A stretch of 63,945 nt of DNA, counting the filler, from Octopus bimaculoides (taxonomy: Eukaryota): NCBI RefSeq assembly GCF_001194135.2. It is 8 parts of 8 records of this genome, joined end to end, with 100 filler letters (N's around TTAATTAATTAA, not from the genome) between each part and the next. Parts side by side here need not be neighbours in the genome. Positions count along the whole stretch, not along the records: positions 10,046 to 20,699 come from NC_069006.1; positions 20,800 to 38,165 come from NC_068992.1; 6 more parts are not named here. One strand, written 5' to 3'. Shown piece after piece: positions 13,151 to 23,794 of this stretch (positions within the stretch are counted from its first letter, which is position 1; each line of letters opens with the position of its first letter). The position numbers were made by a program, and so were the translations under genes. The notes below the pieces were generated by a model. That model saw only the letters and a list, made by a program, of their open reading frames with translations, was not told the DNA's origin and made no database searches.

Positions 13151-13834
13151 GCATTCAGAAATGGAGTACTGCAGCAGCACCCCCAGCATTCAAGTATTTA
13201 CTTAATGTATTTGATCAGGAGTCAAGGTGAAAAGATTACGGGATTATATCTATATAAAATCTTACACAATCTTTCTTCTCCCCACCGCACGCACACACAC
13301 ACACACACACAAATGTCCCTCTCTTTCATTGTTCCTGTAAGTGTATCTGTCTCCATCTCCCTTTCTGTTTCTTATCAACAATTCATCTATCAATCAACCA
13401 GTCTACCTGTCTATCTATCTGTCTATCTGTCTGTCTGTCTGTCAGTCAGTCAGTCAGTCTGCCTGTCTGTTTTTCTTATCTGTCTCCAATACAGAGAGCT
13501 ATCCTAAGGCGATCAAGTTTACACTGTCAGTTTTACTTCCGTGAAACGCCTTACTTTTGGTATATATTTTCGAGCGTGGCTTGGTTAATTTTTACTTTTT
13601 AATTTTGTCTGTCGTCACACACACACACACACACACACACAGAGTGTCACGCGGTGGGACTGAACTCAGAACCATGTCTTCGGGAAGCCAAGCCACGCCT
13701 GCGCCTAGCCTATGTCACACCAATATATGTATGTGTGTGAATTCGTTTGTTTATTTTACTTATGTCCAACTGCCTGTTTTGCTAGCATTCACTTCGTGCC
13801 TTGTTTCTTGAGATTCTATCGTAAAGTGAAATTA

Positions 13835-14255
13835 TCTTCAGCGAGCTTTCCGAAAAATTAGATCGAAACTGAAAGTATTAGTTCGGCAATTTCCGTAATT
13901 AAAAAAAAAAAATCTCTAATTTCTTTTCAACTGAATCGCTTATGTTTAAGCTTTTCTTTTGTGTATGTATGTGTTTATGTGTATTCGTATGTATATTTGT
14001 ATATGTAAGTATATGTATTATGCATGTATGTATATTTGTGTATGTACAACACATACATACACAAATATGCATACATGCATATAAACATATACATCCATAT
14101 ACCTACACACACACATATTATGTACATACATACACAAAAAATACATAACCAGGAGCGATTCAGTTGAAAGAAAAATAAAGAAATAAAAATGCTTTACGGA
14201 AATTGCCGAACAAATATTTTCCGTTTGGATGTACCTTTTCCCGAAAGATCGTCTT
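13835..14255. repeat. ~420-bp quasi-palindrome: ~100-bp inverted arms around a TG-rich/CA-rich mirrored microsatellite
   Basis: gttcggcaatttccgtaa...tttcaactgaatcgct (to 13940) versus agcgattcagttgaaa...ttacggaaattgccgaac (from 14153). Confidence 0.75.
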
Positions 14256-14342
14256 ATCTTGTTACTGACAATGATTTCGAATGATATCACCAAAATATTT
14301 TAACTAACCTAAAGTTCATTTATTCCCAATCACTTCTTACTA

Positions 14343-14392
<50 letters not shown>

Positions 14393-15099
14393 NNNNNNNN
14401 NNNNNNNNNNNNNNNNNNNNNNNNNNNNNNNNNNNNNNNNNNNNNNNNNNNNNNNNNNNNNNNNNNNNNNNNNNNNNNNNNNNNNNNNNNNNNNNNNNNN
14501 NNNNNNNNNNNNNNNNNNNNNNNNNNNNNNNNNNNNNNNNNNNNNNNNNNNNNNNNNNNNNNNNNNNNNNNNNNNNNNNNNNNNNNNNNNNNNNNNNNNN
14601 NNNNNNNNNNNNNNNNNNNNNNNNNNNNNNNNNNNNNNNNNNNNNNNNNNNNNNNNNNNNNNNNNNNNNNNNNNNNNNNNNNNNNNNNNNNNNNNNNNNN
14701 NNNNNNNNNNNNNNNNNNNNNNNNNNNNNNNNNNNNNNNNNNNNNNNNNNNNNNNNNNNNNNNNNNNNNNNNNNNNNNNNNNNNNNNNNNNNNNNNNNNN
14801 NNNNNNNNNNNNNNNNNNNNATATATATATATATATATAAATTTAAATAAGAGCTAAAAGACGATCCATTGTAAAAACTTTATTATGACCTATGAACATT
14901 TCGATGCAATATCCAGACCAACTCATGCATATTATAAAATATGGAATATTGTATCTCTTCAGGGTCAGTTTTGATTAATTCATAGCAGACAGTAAAAAAC
15001 AGACAACATTAATATATATATATATATATTGACGATACTCACATCACCACAGGTAAACCTCCGCGTCATAATGATGACAGCACTGATGGTAACCCAAAC

Positions 15100-15480
15100 A
15101 ATGCCGGAGGTAACAACAAAATCCTCAGGTCTGGAGCCAACCGGAGATATGCCAGTAATGTGAACACAGCCATCACCCAAGCCTGGAAATACATCAGATC
15201 AGCTGGTATGCCATTCAAGTGACGCTTGTACAACCACAGGTCCACATTCAGGGTGCCAGAAAGACGATTCGTCATATCCCTGGCCAGCCATGTGTGACGC
15301 CTCAAAGATCAAGGGACCCCAAACGGCATCAAGTGGAAGGTCTTAGAACGGCTGGGCTCCTACATCAACGGGAACTCTGCATAGCTGAGTGAACTATGAT
15401 ATTGAAAAACTCCCCAAGACGTGGGTCGCTGAATACTTGCCAAAAAATCTTCATCCGTTTCAAGCGCTACCTGCTGCAAT
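15100..15480 (+). mobile_element. Penelope-like element GIY-YIG endonuclease relic
   Basis: KYIRSAGMPFK*RLYNHRSTF...SLASHV*RLKDQG...IKWKVLER..SYING..LCIAE is the pattern of PLE GIY-YIG C-termini. Confidence 0.7.
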
Positions 15481-16689
15481 CATAGGATTTCCCTGGCTAA
15501 GATCGGATGAGTCCTAGCAATCCATTAGAAAGGATATAAATCTTATTCACCTCTCCCAATAGCTGGTCTAGGGGAGATAATGTTACATAGGGTAGGGTCT
15601 GTTGAGAAAAAGAAATTGTGTTGCGATCCTGAATTGGGTAGGGGATGTTTAGGTAATGCTGGAGATATATTCTCCACATCGTGCAAATGATATTTCGCTC
15701 ACGGCGGCACTGGAGAGATTAAAGTTTCAATGCTTCAAGGCCGTCCGAATAATCGAGATCAGTCATGCCTTTAATACTTTTAGTGAATGAGACCACAGGG
15801 CGCAGCAGTATTCGAGGTGTGGCTGTACAAAAGAGAAAAGGGAAATGATGACATCTTGTTCTCTAGAGCGGAAGATTCTTAGGATCCAGGAACTCATCCT
15901 ACGAACTATATCGAACTTATTATTGATGTGGGCACGCCAGCTGAGATTGTTGTCAACAATTACTTCTAGCTCTCTGATATTATTCGATGCTCTGATATTA
16001 TTAGATAACCAGTTGTTTTATTTTAATTTTATGACGAGTGGAATTATACAGTATAGCAGTTACTTAACCACTATACTGGAAGCAGACTGGAACACGAAAA
16101 TCTACGTGGAGCTCTAATCATAACATTCACAGCCATACATCTAATTATATACGTATGTATATAGTCTGTTTTGGATTATGACTATGTGAAATTACTCGGG
16201 ATTTGACGAGGCTTCCAACATTGTCTCGGTAGTGCGTAACAAGACGAAAGATACATAGCTGAAGGGAGGTAATTCATAGAGGGCCTGCTTCAAGTGTTAT
16301 TTCCCTTGCCCGAGACTTAATTCTCCCCCCTAGAAATTTTGGTAACCGCGTGGAATCTGCATATCATTTAATGATACGCTTTCTTTCACACACGTATATA
16401 TATATATATATATATATACATATATACATATATNNNNNNNNNNNNNNNNNNNNNNNNNNNNNNNNNNNNNNNNNNNNNNNNNNNNNNNNNNNNNNNNNNN
16501 NNNNNNNNNNNNNNNNNNNNNNNNNNNNNNNNNNNNNNNNNNNNNNNNNNNNNNNNNNNNNNNNNNNNNNNNNNNNNNNNNNNNNNNNNNNNNNNNNNNN
16601 NNNNNNNNNNNNNNNNNNNNNNNNNNNNNNNNNNNNNNNNNNNNNNNNNNNNNNNNNNNNNNNNNNNNNNNNNNNNNNNNNNNNNNNNN

Positions 16690-17100
16690 ATTCTAGTTTC
16701 CTATTCAGGCTAGGTTTATCTTCTATTATGTGTGTAGCTTCCGTAATTTGTCTAAGCGTTGCGTCTGTTCTATGTGTGGACAAGATTTTAACTTCTATGT
16801 TGTTGCATGAGACCCCATGTTCCTGCTCGGCGTGCTGGTACAGAACCGATGAGCTCTTCTCTTCCTTAAGTTCCCTCCAGTGCTTATTTACCAGTTCTCC
16901 TATGCTCCGTGCGGTCTCCCCTGCCTACGTTGCTGTCTTCTCACTGCACCCTCCCTCTGTACATCTCATACTATAGACTACATTCCTAGCTTTACAGTTT
17001 GTTTGTCGGTTAAATCTACATACAATACAGTTCCTATCAGTTCTGAAGTAAATAATGTGTTTCACAATTTCACGCCATTTGTATTCACGTTACTATCCCT
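16690..17100 (-). mobile_element. Penelope-like element GIY-YIG endonuclease relic
   Basis: CIVCRFNRQTNCKARNVVYSMRC...T*AGETARSIGELVNKHWRELKEEKSSSVLYQHAEQEH...VKILSTHRTDATLRQITEATHIIEDKPSLNRKLE. Confidence 0.85.
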
Positions 17101-18618
17101 ATTCAAAATTAATTCTTATGTAAGTGGAATGGCAATGCCAGTGTGTCTCTCAAGCCAGGAAAAGCCCTGCGGGAGTTCACTTCCTGAAGGCCATCCAATG
17201 CAGTCTCCTGTCACGTTTGCATTTTATTTACTGTCTCATGGCAACGACCCTTTAGCTTCAGTTTTGGGAAACACTGTGAAGTCACAATGGATTAGATCCT
17301 ATTTATTTATTTATTCCTTTGTTTTCTCTCTCCTTAAAACTTTGCAGCGACGCGAGAGATGTTCAAGATGTCTGAGATAACTTCCTGCCCCATATCGCAA
17401 CTGGTATCTTCGTTCATGTGAGAGAACTGATGGAATGTTTAGCGAAGGCTCTCACGGTTGATGAGTCCACCAAGTGTTTTTACATTTATTTTCCCACATT
17501 TTTTATCGTTTTCCCAAGAGACTGGGTGTGATGAACGTTTTTCGTCATGCTCTGACTGTCAACCGACTTTGAAAAGCCGGCGTGACTCATGAACCTGTGT
17601 ATGATCTAAAAAAAAAACATTCACAGAAGACTGGCGGAGTATTTCAAGGTTTTCGGCAGTTGATTTTTCCGAGCTTCATACGAAATTTGAGGCAAGCAAA
17701 TTGCTTAGAATTTCCAGCCATCGTAAAACTCGAAGTGCTGTTTTCTAACACAACATTATGTGCAGGAATGCATGTAAGTATATCCTATAACGAAGATGAG
17801 TAAATAAAGGAAATGGAAAAATTAAATGCCACGTGAGATGAAAATGAACTTGTAAGCGACGATTTATTCTCCGTTATAAAATACAATGATTGCCATACAT
17901 GAAATAAAATAAATATAACAGGTTACAACAAAGATGTGTGAGAGACTTCGTGGTTAGGCTGGTGTGTAGGTTTGGTGGTGTGTAGAGGCAGCCGTTGGTC
18001 TGTTGATCGTGTGGTGTTCGTACAGCAACGATGTAGGCAGGTGTCTGGTGGAGGTGAAAGCGGAGACTGGCTGATGTCAGATATATCGTTGTCAGAGACA
18101 AGTTGCGTGTGCCAAAGGGCAGTTGAGAACTGTCGTTCTTACAGAGATCAATAGGCTCCCAGAGCTGGTGATTAATTTCCCGCGTAAGGAAAAACGAGCT
18201 GTTGCGCCAACATGATTGGACGGCTAGAAACCAACCAACACAAACAAGTTCGGCTAATCATAAGGTCATGTGACCTGCTGGAACGAAAAGGCTTGTGGAG
18301 CCGATATCCAGGTATTTAAACCTAAAGAACCCAAAACGAAAACATCTCACACATAATGACAGTGTATATCACTTCTGCTACAGTCCCACAAGTTCTTCTA
18401 ATCCAGGTGGAGTGAAGATGTATACTAAACTTAAATGATGAACATGGCATGTTATCGAAGAGACAACTCAAAATCAAAAGCTTAAAATAAGATCGTGCAA
18501 TATTTTCTAAAGAGTGTTCTGAGAAACCCTTGTAGTTAATTATTTTTTTAAAAATCTGAATTTCGATAAGACAGAATTCCTTTAATGAAATTTAATAAAA
18601 GTTTATAAAGGAAAGGGA

Positions 18619-18861
18619 GGTACTACTAAAGCAGCGCGGACCCGAACGCGCAGCCGCGCAGTCGCGCGTCCGCGCTAGCTAGTCTTGAGTGGTCGATCCT
18701 AACCCTAACCCTAACCCTAACCCTGTCCCTAACCCTAACCCTATCCCTAACCCGCGTGTGCAAATGAATACGTGTTTAGGGTTAGGGTTAGGGTTAGGAT
18801 CGACCACTCACGACTAGCTAGCGCGACTGCGCGTTCGGGTCCGCGCTGCTTTAGTAGTACC
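18619..18861. mobile_element. 243-bp foldback MITE with internal inverted telomeric repeats and a 9-bp TSD
   Basis: TIR GGTACTACTAAAGCAGCGCGGACCCGAACGCGCAG... mirrored at the right end. TSD GGAAAGGGA at 18610-18618 and 18862-18870. (CCCTAA)n at 18698-18753 and (TTAGGG)n at 18776-18798. Confidence 0.92.
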
Positions 18862-19295
18862 GGAAAGGGAATGGTATTCACTATTTCAAAAAGAGTTAAA
18901 TAATTTCTTTCACCATAATTACTTTTATTTTATTTTATTCAACTTTTACGATGAAAGTAAACAAACAAGGTTTGTTCTTTTTTAGAAGCGTTGAGACGTA
19001 TTGTAAGATACAGAAATAAGTTTATTTCTCAAACGCGTGATAATGCTATAAATAGCGTGATCAGGATAAATTCATATAATGCAGAAAAATACGTTGCCGG
19101 CCAGTAAAGCTATGGTAAGGGTATCCGCAAAAGGTTGATGTGGGTTCTGCACATTTAGAAGTGCATGGGAGTACAATCTCTAGGTTAGTCACACAACGAT
19201 TGATGGGTATAGTAATGGGTAGGAATTCAACCTTCTTTTCATCGTTCCACACCCTCTTAAAACTTGTCTGGTTCCTTCCTCCCATTTGTTCTTCG

Positions 19296-19600
19296 TGCCA
19301 TGCCGAATTAAGGTTTCTTCCCCTCATTCTGTCCTGTCGAGTTAAGGTTTCTTCCTGTTGTTCGTTCCTGTCCTTCCCCTCGTGCCGTGCCGTTTTAAGG
19401 CTCCATCGTGTCGTCCCGTGCCGAGTTTAGGCTCCTCCGCGCCGTGCAAGGCAGTTTGCTAAAACTTGCCCTTCCCATCGTGCCGTTCCGAGTTAAGGTT
19501 CCTTTCCGTTGTGCCGTGCTGTCTTGAGTTAAGGCTCCTTCTCGTCGTACCGTGCCGAGTCAATGCTCCTTCTTGTGCAGAGTGAAAACTTGTCCTTTCC
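19296..19600 (+). repeat. Degenerate GC-rich minisatellite (core CGTGCCGAGTTAAGG, ~25-40 bp units). Further units at ~20010-20060
   Basis: At least 7 recurrences of GCCG(A/T)..TTAAGG(T/C)T(C/T)CT. Confidence 0.8.
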
Positions 19601-19609
19601 GTATTGTTT

Positions 19610-19930
19610 TGTTCTGTGTTAAATGGTTACTTAACAAGGTTAAAAATCCACACAAGCATAGCGTGTTTTGGTTCTTCTCTGATGACAAAGAATTTGACCA
19701 AGACCAAAGTGTAACAGAAGAAATGACCGATGGTTATGTGAAGATCATTCTGATGTCTCCAGAGTGATGCACACTAAGTTTCCAGCAACTGCGATGGTTT
19801 TCAGAGTGGTGAGTAACGAAGGTTATATCATATCACCTCACATCTTTGCACAGGGTTTTAAAATTAATGCTGACGGATACCTTGAGGTGCTGGAGATAAT
19901 TGTTAAGCTCTGAATAGATGAAGACCAGAC
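19610..19930 (+). mobile_element. Tc1/mariner-superfamily (maT-like) transposase relic
   Basis: KWLLNKVKNP...WFFSDDKEFDQDQ; HTKFPATAMVFRVVSNEG..SPHIFAQGFKINADGYLEVLEIIVK. Frameshifted. Confidence 0.75.
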
Positions 19931-20060
19931 ATGTTTGAACATGACTTCGCATCTTCACTTTTATCTTCTACTTGTTTCAGTCATTAGACTGCGGCCTTTG
20001 AAATAATGACTCCGAGTTAAGGTTCCTTCCCGTCGTGCCGTACTGTTCTGAGTTAAGGAT

Positions 20061-20285
20061 CCTTTCCCCCAAAATTGCTGGCCTTGTGCCAGCAATTTTG
20101 GGGGAAAGGGTAATTCGATTACATCAACCGCAGTATTCAACAGATACTTATTTCATCGACCCCCAAAATGATGAAAAGTAAAGTCGATCTCGGTGGAATT
20201 TGAACTCAGAACATGAAGATGAACAAAATGCCACTAAGGCATTTTGCCTGGCGCCGTAATGATTCTGTCAGCTCTTCACCATCGC
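20061..20285 (-). mobile_element. tRNA-derived SINE family B ending in a perfect 22-bp hairpin
   Basis: Reverse complement of gttctgagttcaaattccaccgagatcgac...tttcatcattttgggggtcgatgaaataag. Confidence 0.7.
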
Positions 20286-20399
20286 CTTTGAAGTAATGCC
20301 TTGAGTTACAAGATCTTAACTTCAGTCCCTTCAAAACATATGCATTCACTTTTCTAATTCTCCAAATACGCGGGCGGACATCACGAAATCTATGATTTA

Positions 20400-20490
20400 C
20401 TAGCAGAAATACCCGGCGTTGCCCGGGTTAAAGAGAATAATGAAATCTAAAAACGCCGTCTAGACTACGCATCATCTTTATATATAGAGA
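20400..20490 (-). mobile_element. Complete 91-bp non-autonomous Helitron
   Basis: Minus strand A|TCTCTATATATAAAG...CCCGG-GCAACG-CCGGG-TATTTCTG-CTAG|T: 5' TC, subterminal hairpin, 3' CTAG, A|T insertion site, no TSD. Confidence 0.85.
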
Positions 20491-20699
20491 TGTATATACA
20501 CACACGCACCCAAACACACGTATATATATGTATATCAATATAAATATATGAAAGTCAATGAAGTTTCGTAAAAGAAGGTGATCATGTACATACTTTCTTG
20601 CTGTTGTGATTATAACACCTCATTGTAAACTATGTTCCTTGTTTTCCCTTGTGGAGCATATACAAATAGGTTTTTTGTTGCTGCCCACTCTTGAGCAGC

Positions 20700-20799
20700 N
20701 NNNNNNNNNNNNNNNNNNNNNNNNNNNNNNNNNNNNNNNNNNNTTAATTAATTAANNNNNNNNNNNNNNNNNNNNNNNNNNNNNNNNNNNNNNNNNNNN
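20700..20799. other. Artificial scaffold-joining spacer 2
   Basis: N44-TTAATTAATTAA(20744-20755)-N44. Confidence 0.97.
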
Positions 20800-20809
20800 C
20801 AAGAATATT

Positions 20810-21190
20810 CCGTGTGGCTGTGTGGTAAGAAGCTTGAAGTTTGTTTCTCAACCACATGGTTCCAAGTTCAGTCCCACTGTATGGCATCTTTGGCAAGTGT
20901 CTTCTATACCCTCAGGCTGACTAAAGCCTTGTGAGTGGATTCGGTAGACAGAAACTGAAAGAAGCCTGTCACGTGTGTGTGTATGTATGTTTGTCCCCCC
21001 CACCACTGCTTGACAACTGGTGTTGGTGTGTTTACATCCCTGTAACTTAGCAGTTTGGCAAAAGAGACTGATAGAATAAGTGTCAGGTTTAAAACAAAAA
21101 ATTGATACTGGAGTTTGATATATCTGACTATAAATTCTTCAAGGTAGTGCCCCAGCATGGCCACATTCTAATGACTGAAACAAGTAAACT
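20810..21190 (+). mobile_element. SINE family A, intronic in DCP2
   Basis: gtggctgtgtggtaagaag...ggttccaagttcagtcccactg...tgactgaaacaagtaa. Confidence 0.8.
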
Positions 21191-21260
21191 TCAATTTATT
21201 TATTCCTTTATCACTGATGTGTGTCTGCTGTATATAATTCATAAGAAGTGACTGAATTAA

Positions 21261-21279
21261 TCCTTGACCAGTATTTTAG
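21261..21279 (+). promoter_or_regulatory. Candidate U12-type (minor spliceosome) branch site and 3' splice site of DCP2 intron
   Basis: TCCTTGAC at 21261-68 with branch A 12 nt from the AG at 21278-79, and no polypyrimidine tract. The donor is not in the window. Confidence 0.6.
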
Positions 21280-21407
21280 TATTTCGCCACTGTCCATTTC
21301 TCAATCAGTATGCAGAAGAAGTGGACAAACGGTTTGAAGACTGGAAGCAGTACAAGATGAGTGTTCCCACTTACGGTGCCATTATTTTGGATCCTGAGAT
21401 GAAGTTT
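21280..21407 (+). CDS. DCP2: DCP2 mRNA-decapping enzyme, first visible coding exon (128 nt; end of Box A). Upstream exons are missing from this piece
   Basis: xTA-FRHCPFLNQYAEEVDKRFEDWKQYKMSVPTYGAIILDPEMKF matches DCP2 (human FSHCPF...WKEYKMGVPTYGAIILD). AG at 21278-79, donor GTGAGT at 21408, phase 1 start and phase 0 end. Confidence 0.95.
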
Positions 21408-21454
21408 GTGAGTGTCACCACTTTAAAAGCATATTTCTGTTTCTGTTTTTTTTT

Positions 21455-21660
21455 TTTGTAAGTTGGCAGAATTGTTAACATGCTGGATGAAATGCTTAAC
21501 AGTATTTCGTCTATGTTCTGAGTTCAAATCCCACCAAGGTCAGCTTTGCCCTTCATCCTTCCGGGGTCGATAAATTAAGTACCAGTTACGCACTGAGGTT
21601 AATTTAATCGACTATCCCCTTCCCCCAAATTTCAAGCCTTGTGCCTATAGTAGAAAGGAT
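21455..21660 (+). mobile_element. SINE family B, intronic in DCP2 (similar copy at ~24265-24455)
   Basis: ttggcagaattgttaacatgctggatgaaatgctt...gagttcaaatccc...catccttccggggtcgataaattaagtaccag. Confidence 0.75.
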
Positions 21661-22359
21661 TTTGTAAATTTCATTTCTTTGTCTGTCTGTGATCCCCAAC
21701 CAAGCAGACCTATATCACTTCAACCACCTTAACCTCCCAGGCATTACATTCTACATCATATAACCCCTACTTAACCCTGTAGCTCCTCTACAACAAGAAC
21801 CTGCTCTTCCCCAGACTCTTCCCACATAGCAAAATCCCCTTCTAATACACAGATGTAGTTTCCTCCCTCCCTGGGCTTGTTGACTTGCAAGCCATGTGGC
21901 AGCCTCGGTAGTGCCAGTGGCATATGTAAAAGCACCCAGTAAAGTGGTTGGCATAAGGAAGAGCACACAGCTGTAGAAACCATGCCAGAGTAAACACTGG
22001 AGCATGAGGCAGCAATCCTTTGACTCATTGGATCCTTGTTGAGCCATTCAACCTCTGCCAGCATGGAACAGGGATGTTTATTAAGCAATGATGATGATTA
22101 AATTACCTAACGAGTCCTCTTTTCAAGGAAAAGAGGACTCGTTAGTCAACCTAGTCTGAGCTACACAATACTTGACAACAGAATACTTGTTTCTGTATAT
22201 TGCTGGGTCTTGTCAAAGATGAAAATGAATGTCTTATAAGCCACTAACTTTTATGTAAATCCGAATAGGAAAAATAAACATCATCTTCCATATTATAAAC
22301 ATACATACACGTGCAGATACACATGGGTATTATTTGTGTTCATCATCACTACTTTTCAG

Positions 22360-22458
22360 GTATTGCTTGTTCAAGGTTACTGGGCCAAATCTAGCTGGGG
22401 TTTTCCAAAAGGCAAAATTAATGAAGATGAAACAGAACAAGAATGTGCAGTGAGAGAG
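22360..22458 (+). CDS. DCP2: DCP2 coding exon (99 nt; first half of Nudix box)
   Basis: [33 protein letters not shown]; ttttcag acceptor, GTAAGT donor at 22459. Confidence 0.97.
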
Positions 22459-23277
22459 GTAAGTACCACAGATATATCTATCATTTTGGTTACGGTTGCC
22501 TGGACTAAAACCACACTTTTTCTCTAAATGTTCCTGTTTTCCATACCATTTTTGAGGTCTTCTATTTGTAACTTGACATCAGGAGAAAGTTAATCATTTT
22601 GGGTTGTTACCCGACATGAGAATCCTCATGGCTTGTGATCCACAGAAAGAGTTCATTCACTAATTCGTAGTTAGCTTTATTAATTCTCTTCTAGATAGGT
22701 AGGAGTCTTTCTTCCCCAGTGGGGCTTTTGTGTGTGTGTGTGTGTTTTCAGACTGTATACTGTACTCTGTGTGGGTAGTGGTGGGCAGAATCTTTCTAGT
22801 GTAGCAATTGTTGATGTTTAACCCCCGGTTGACACTGGCTGGGAGTGGAGTCTGTGTATGACTAGCAGAAACAGTGTTGTATTGAATACCTTACTGTATT
22901 AGACTCTTTTACATGCAGCAGAATTTGGAAAGCTAGTGTTCTTTGAATGTTTACACTACATACTACTACATCGACTTGTATGCTGGAAATTACAGTATTA
23001 TAAAATAAGGGTTACAGATTAGTGAGATCAATATGTCAACCAAAAGGCTTTGCAATTATTTAATTGCAGCACTTTACTTCCTGGCCTAAAATCTTGCCTT
23101 AAAAATGCCATGCTTCATACCTATTGTAAAAATTATCTGCTGTTATAGTTCTGACCTTGTTGGAGTATATATAAATTGTTACACTTTTTGCAATGTTGCA
23201 GGTGTGTATGATTTATCTTTGATTTCATGACTTTGAGGCTGTACCTATCATCTTATCTTTCCCCATCATAATTGCAG

Positions 23278-23430
23278 GTATTTGAAGAAACTGGCTTCAA
23301 CATTAGTAAGTTCATCAATTCTAACGATTATTTCGAGAACCAAATGAATGACCAACTTACTCGACTTTATATCATTGCTGGAGTCTCTCTGGACACTGAA
23401 TTTCAGACCAAAACTCGCAAAGAAATCAAA
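23278..23430 (+). CDS. DCP2: DCP2 coding exon (153 nt; completes Nudix box GX5EX7REUXEEXGU)
   Basis: VFEETGFNISKFINSNDYFENQMNDQLTRLYIIAGVSLDTEFQTKTRKEIK; ttgcag acceptor, GTAAGT donor at 23431. Confidence 0.97.
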
Positions 23431-23681
23431 GTAAGTTACCATTTGTTGTTGTTTTTGATATATTGAAAGAATTAGTAGAGCATCTTACAAAATACTTTAA
23501 AGCATTGCTTCTCAACTTTTTTAATATCTGGGCCAGATCCAAAACCTGGATGTGTACATACTCAGTGGCAATCCAACAAGACAGATTAATAAACCGTGTT
23601 TTCTTTTCTCTCTCTCTCTCTCTCTTTGTTTTGCATTTTTAATCCTGAGTAAATAATTTTTTTTTTGTATCCTTTCTGTAG

Positions 23682-23794
23682 TGTATGCAGTGGTTCCCAG
23701 TTGATGCACTTCCTGCTCACAAAAAGGATCAAACATGTCGGTCACAACTCAATATGAACTCCAATAACTTCTTCACCATCATTCCATTTATCAA
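23682..23794 (+). CDS. DCP2: DCP2 coding exon (113 nt; Box B region)
   Basis: CMQWFPVDALPAHKKDQTCRSQLNMNSNNFFTIIPFI(K) aligns with human NIEWFSIEKLP...NKFFMAIPFIR; ctgtag acceptor, GTATGT donor at 23795, phase 2 end. Confidence 0.93.

Noticed and set aside
16200-16255. TTGACGA...AAGAC-GAAA hammerhead-like remnant
   Set aside because: The core is mutated (C3) and stems I/III cannot be formed convincingly, so at most it is a dead PLE remnant.
10046-20699. Looking for DCP2 exons 1-2 in the preceding piece
   Set aside because: No LDDLxSRF or HWFYxDF-like coding sequence was seen, and the piece is separated by an artificial linker.
21270-21272. Alternative acceptor GACCAG| 8 nt upstream of 21280
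   Set aside because: It gives phase 2 rather than the phase 1 implied by homology, and is too close to the putative branch A.
23667-23675. GTATCCTTT, a perfect U12 5' splice-site consensus
   Set aside because: It lies inside the pyrimidine tract of the 23682 acceptor with no upstream exon in frame, so it is most likely chance.
23682-23690. Alternative in-frame acceptor 9 nt downstream (TGTATGCAG|TGG) that would drop CMQ
   Set aside because: Alignment to human N-I-E-W needs three residues before W, favouring 23682. No transcript evidence is available for the alternative.
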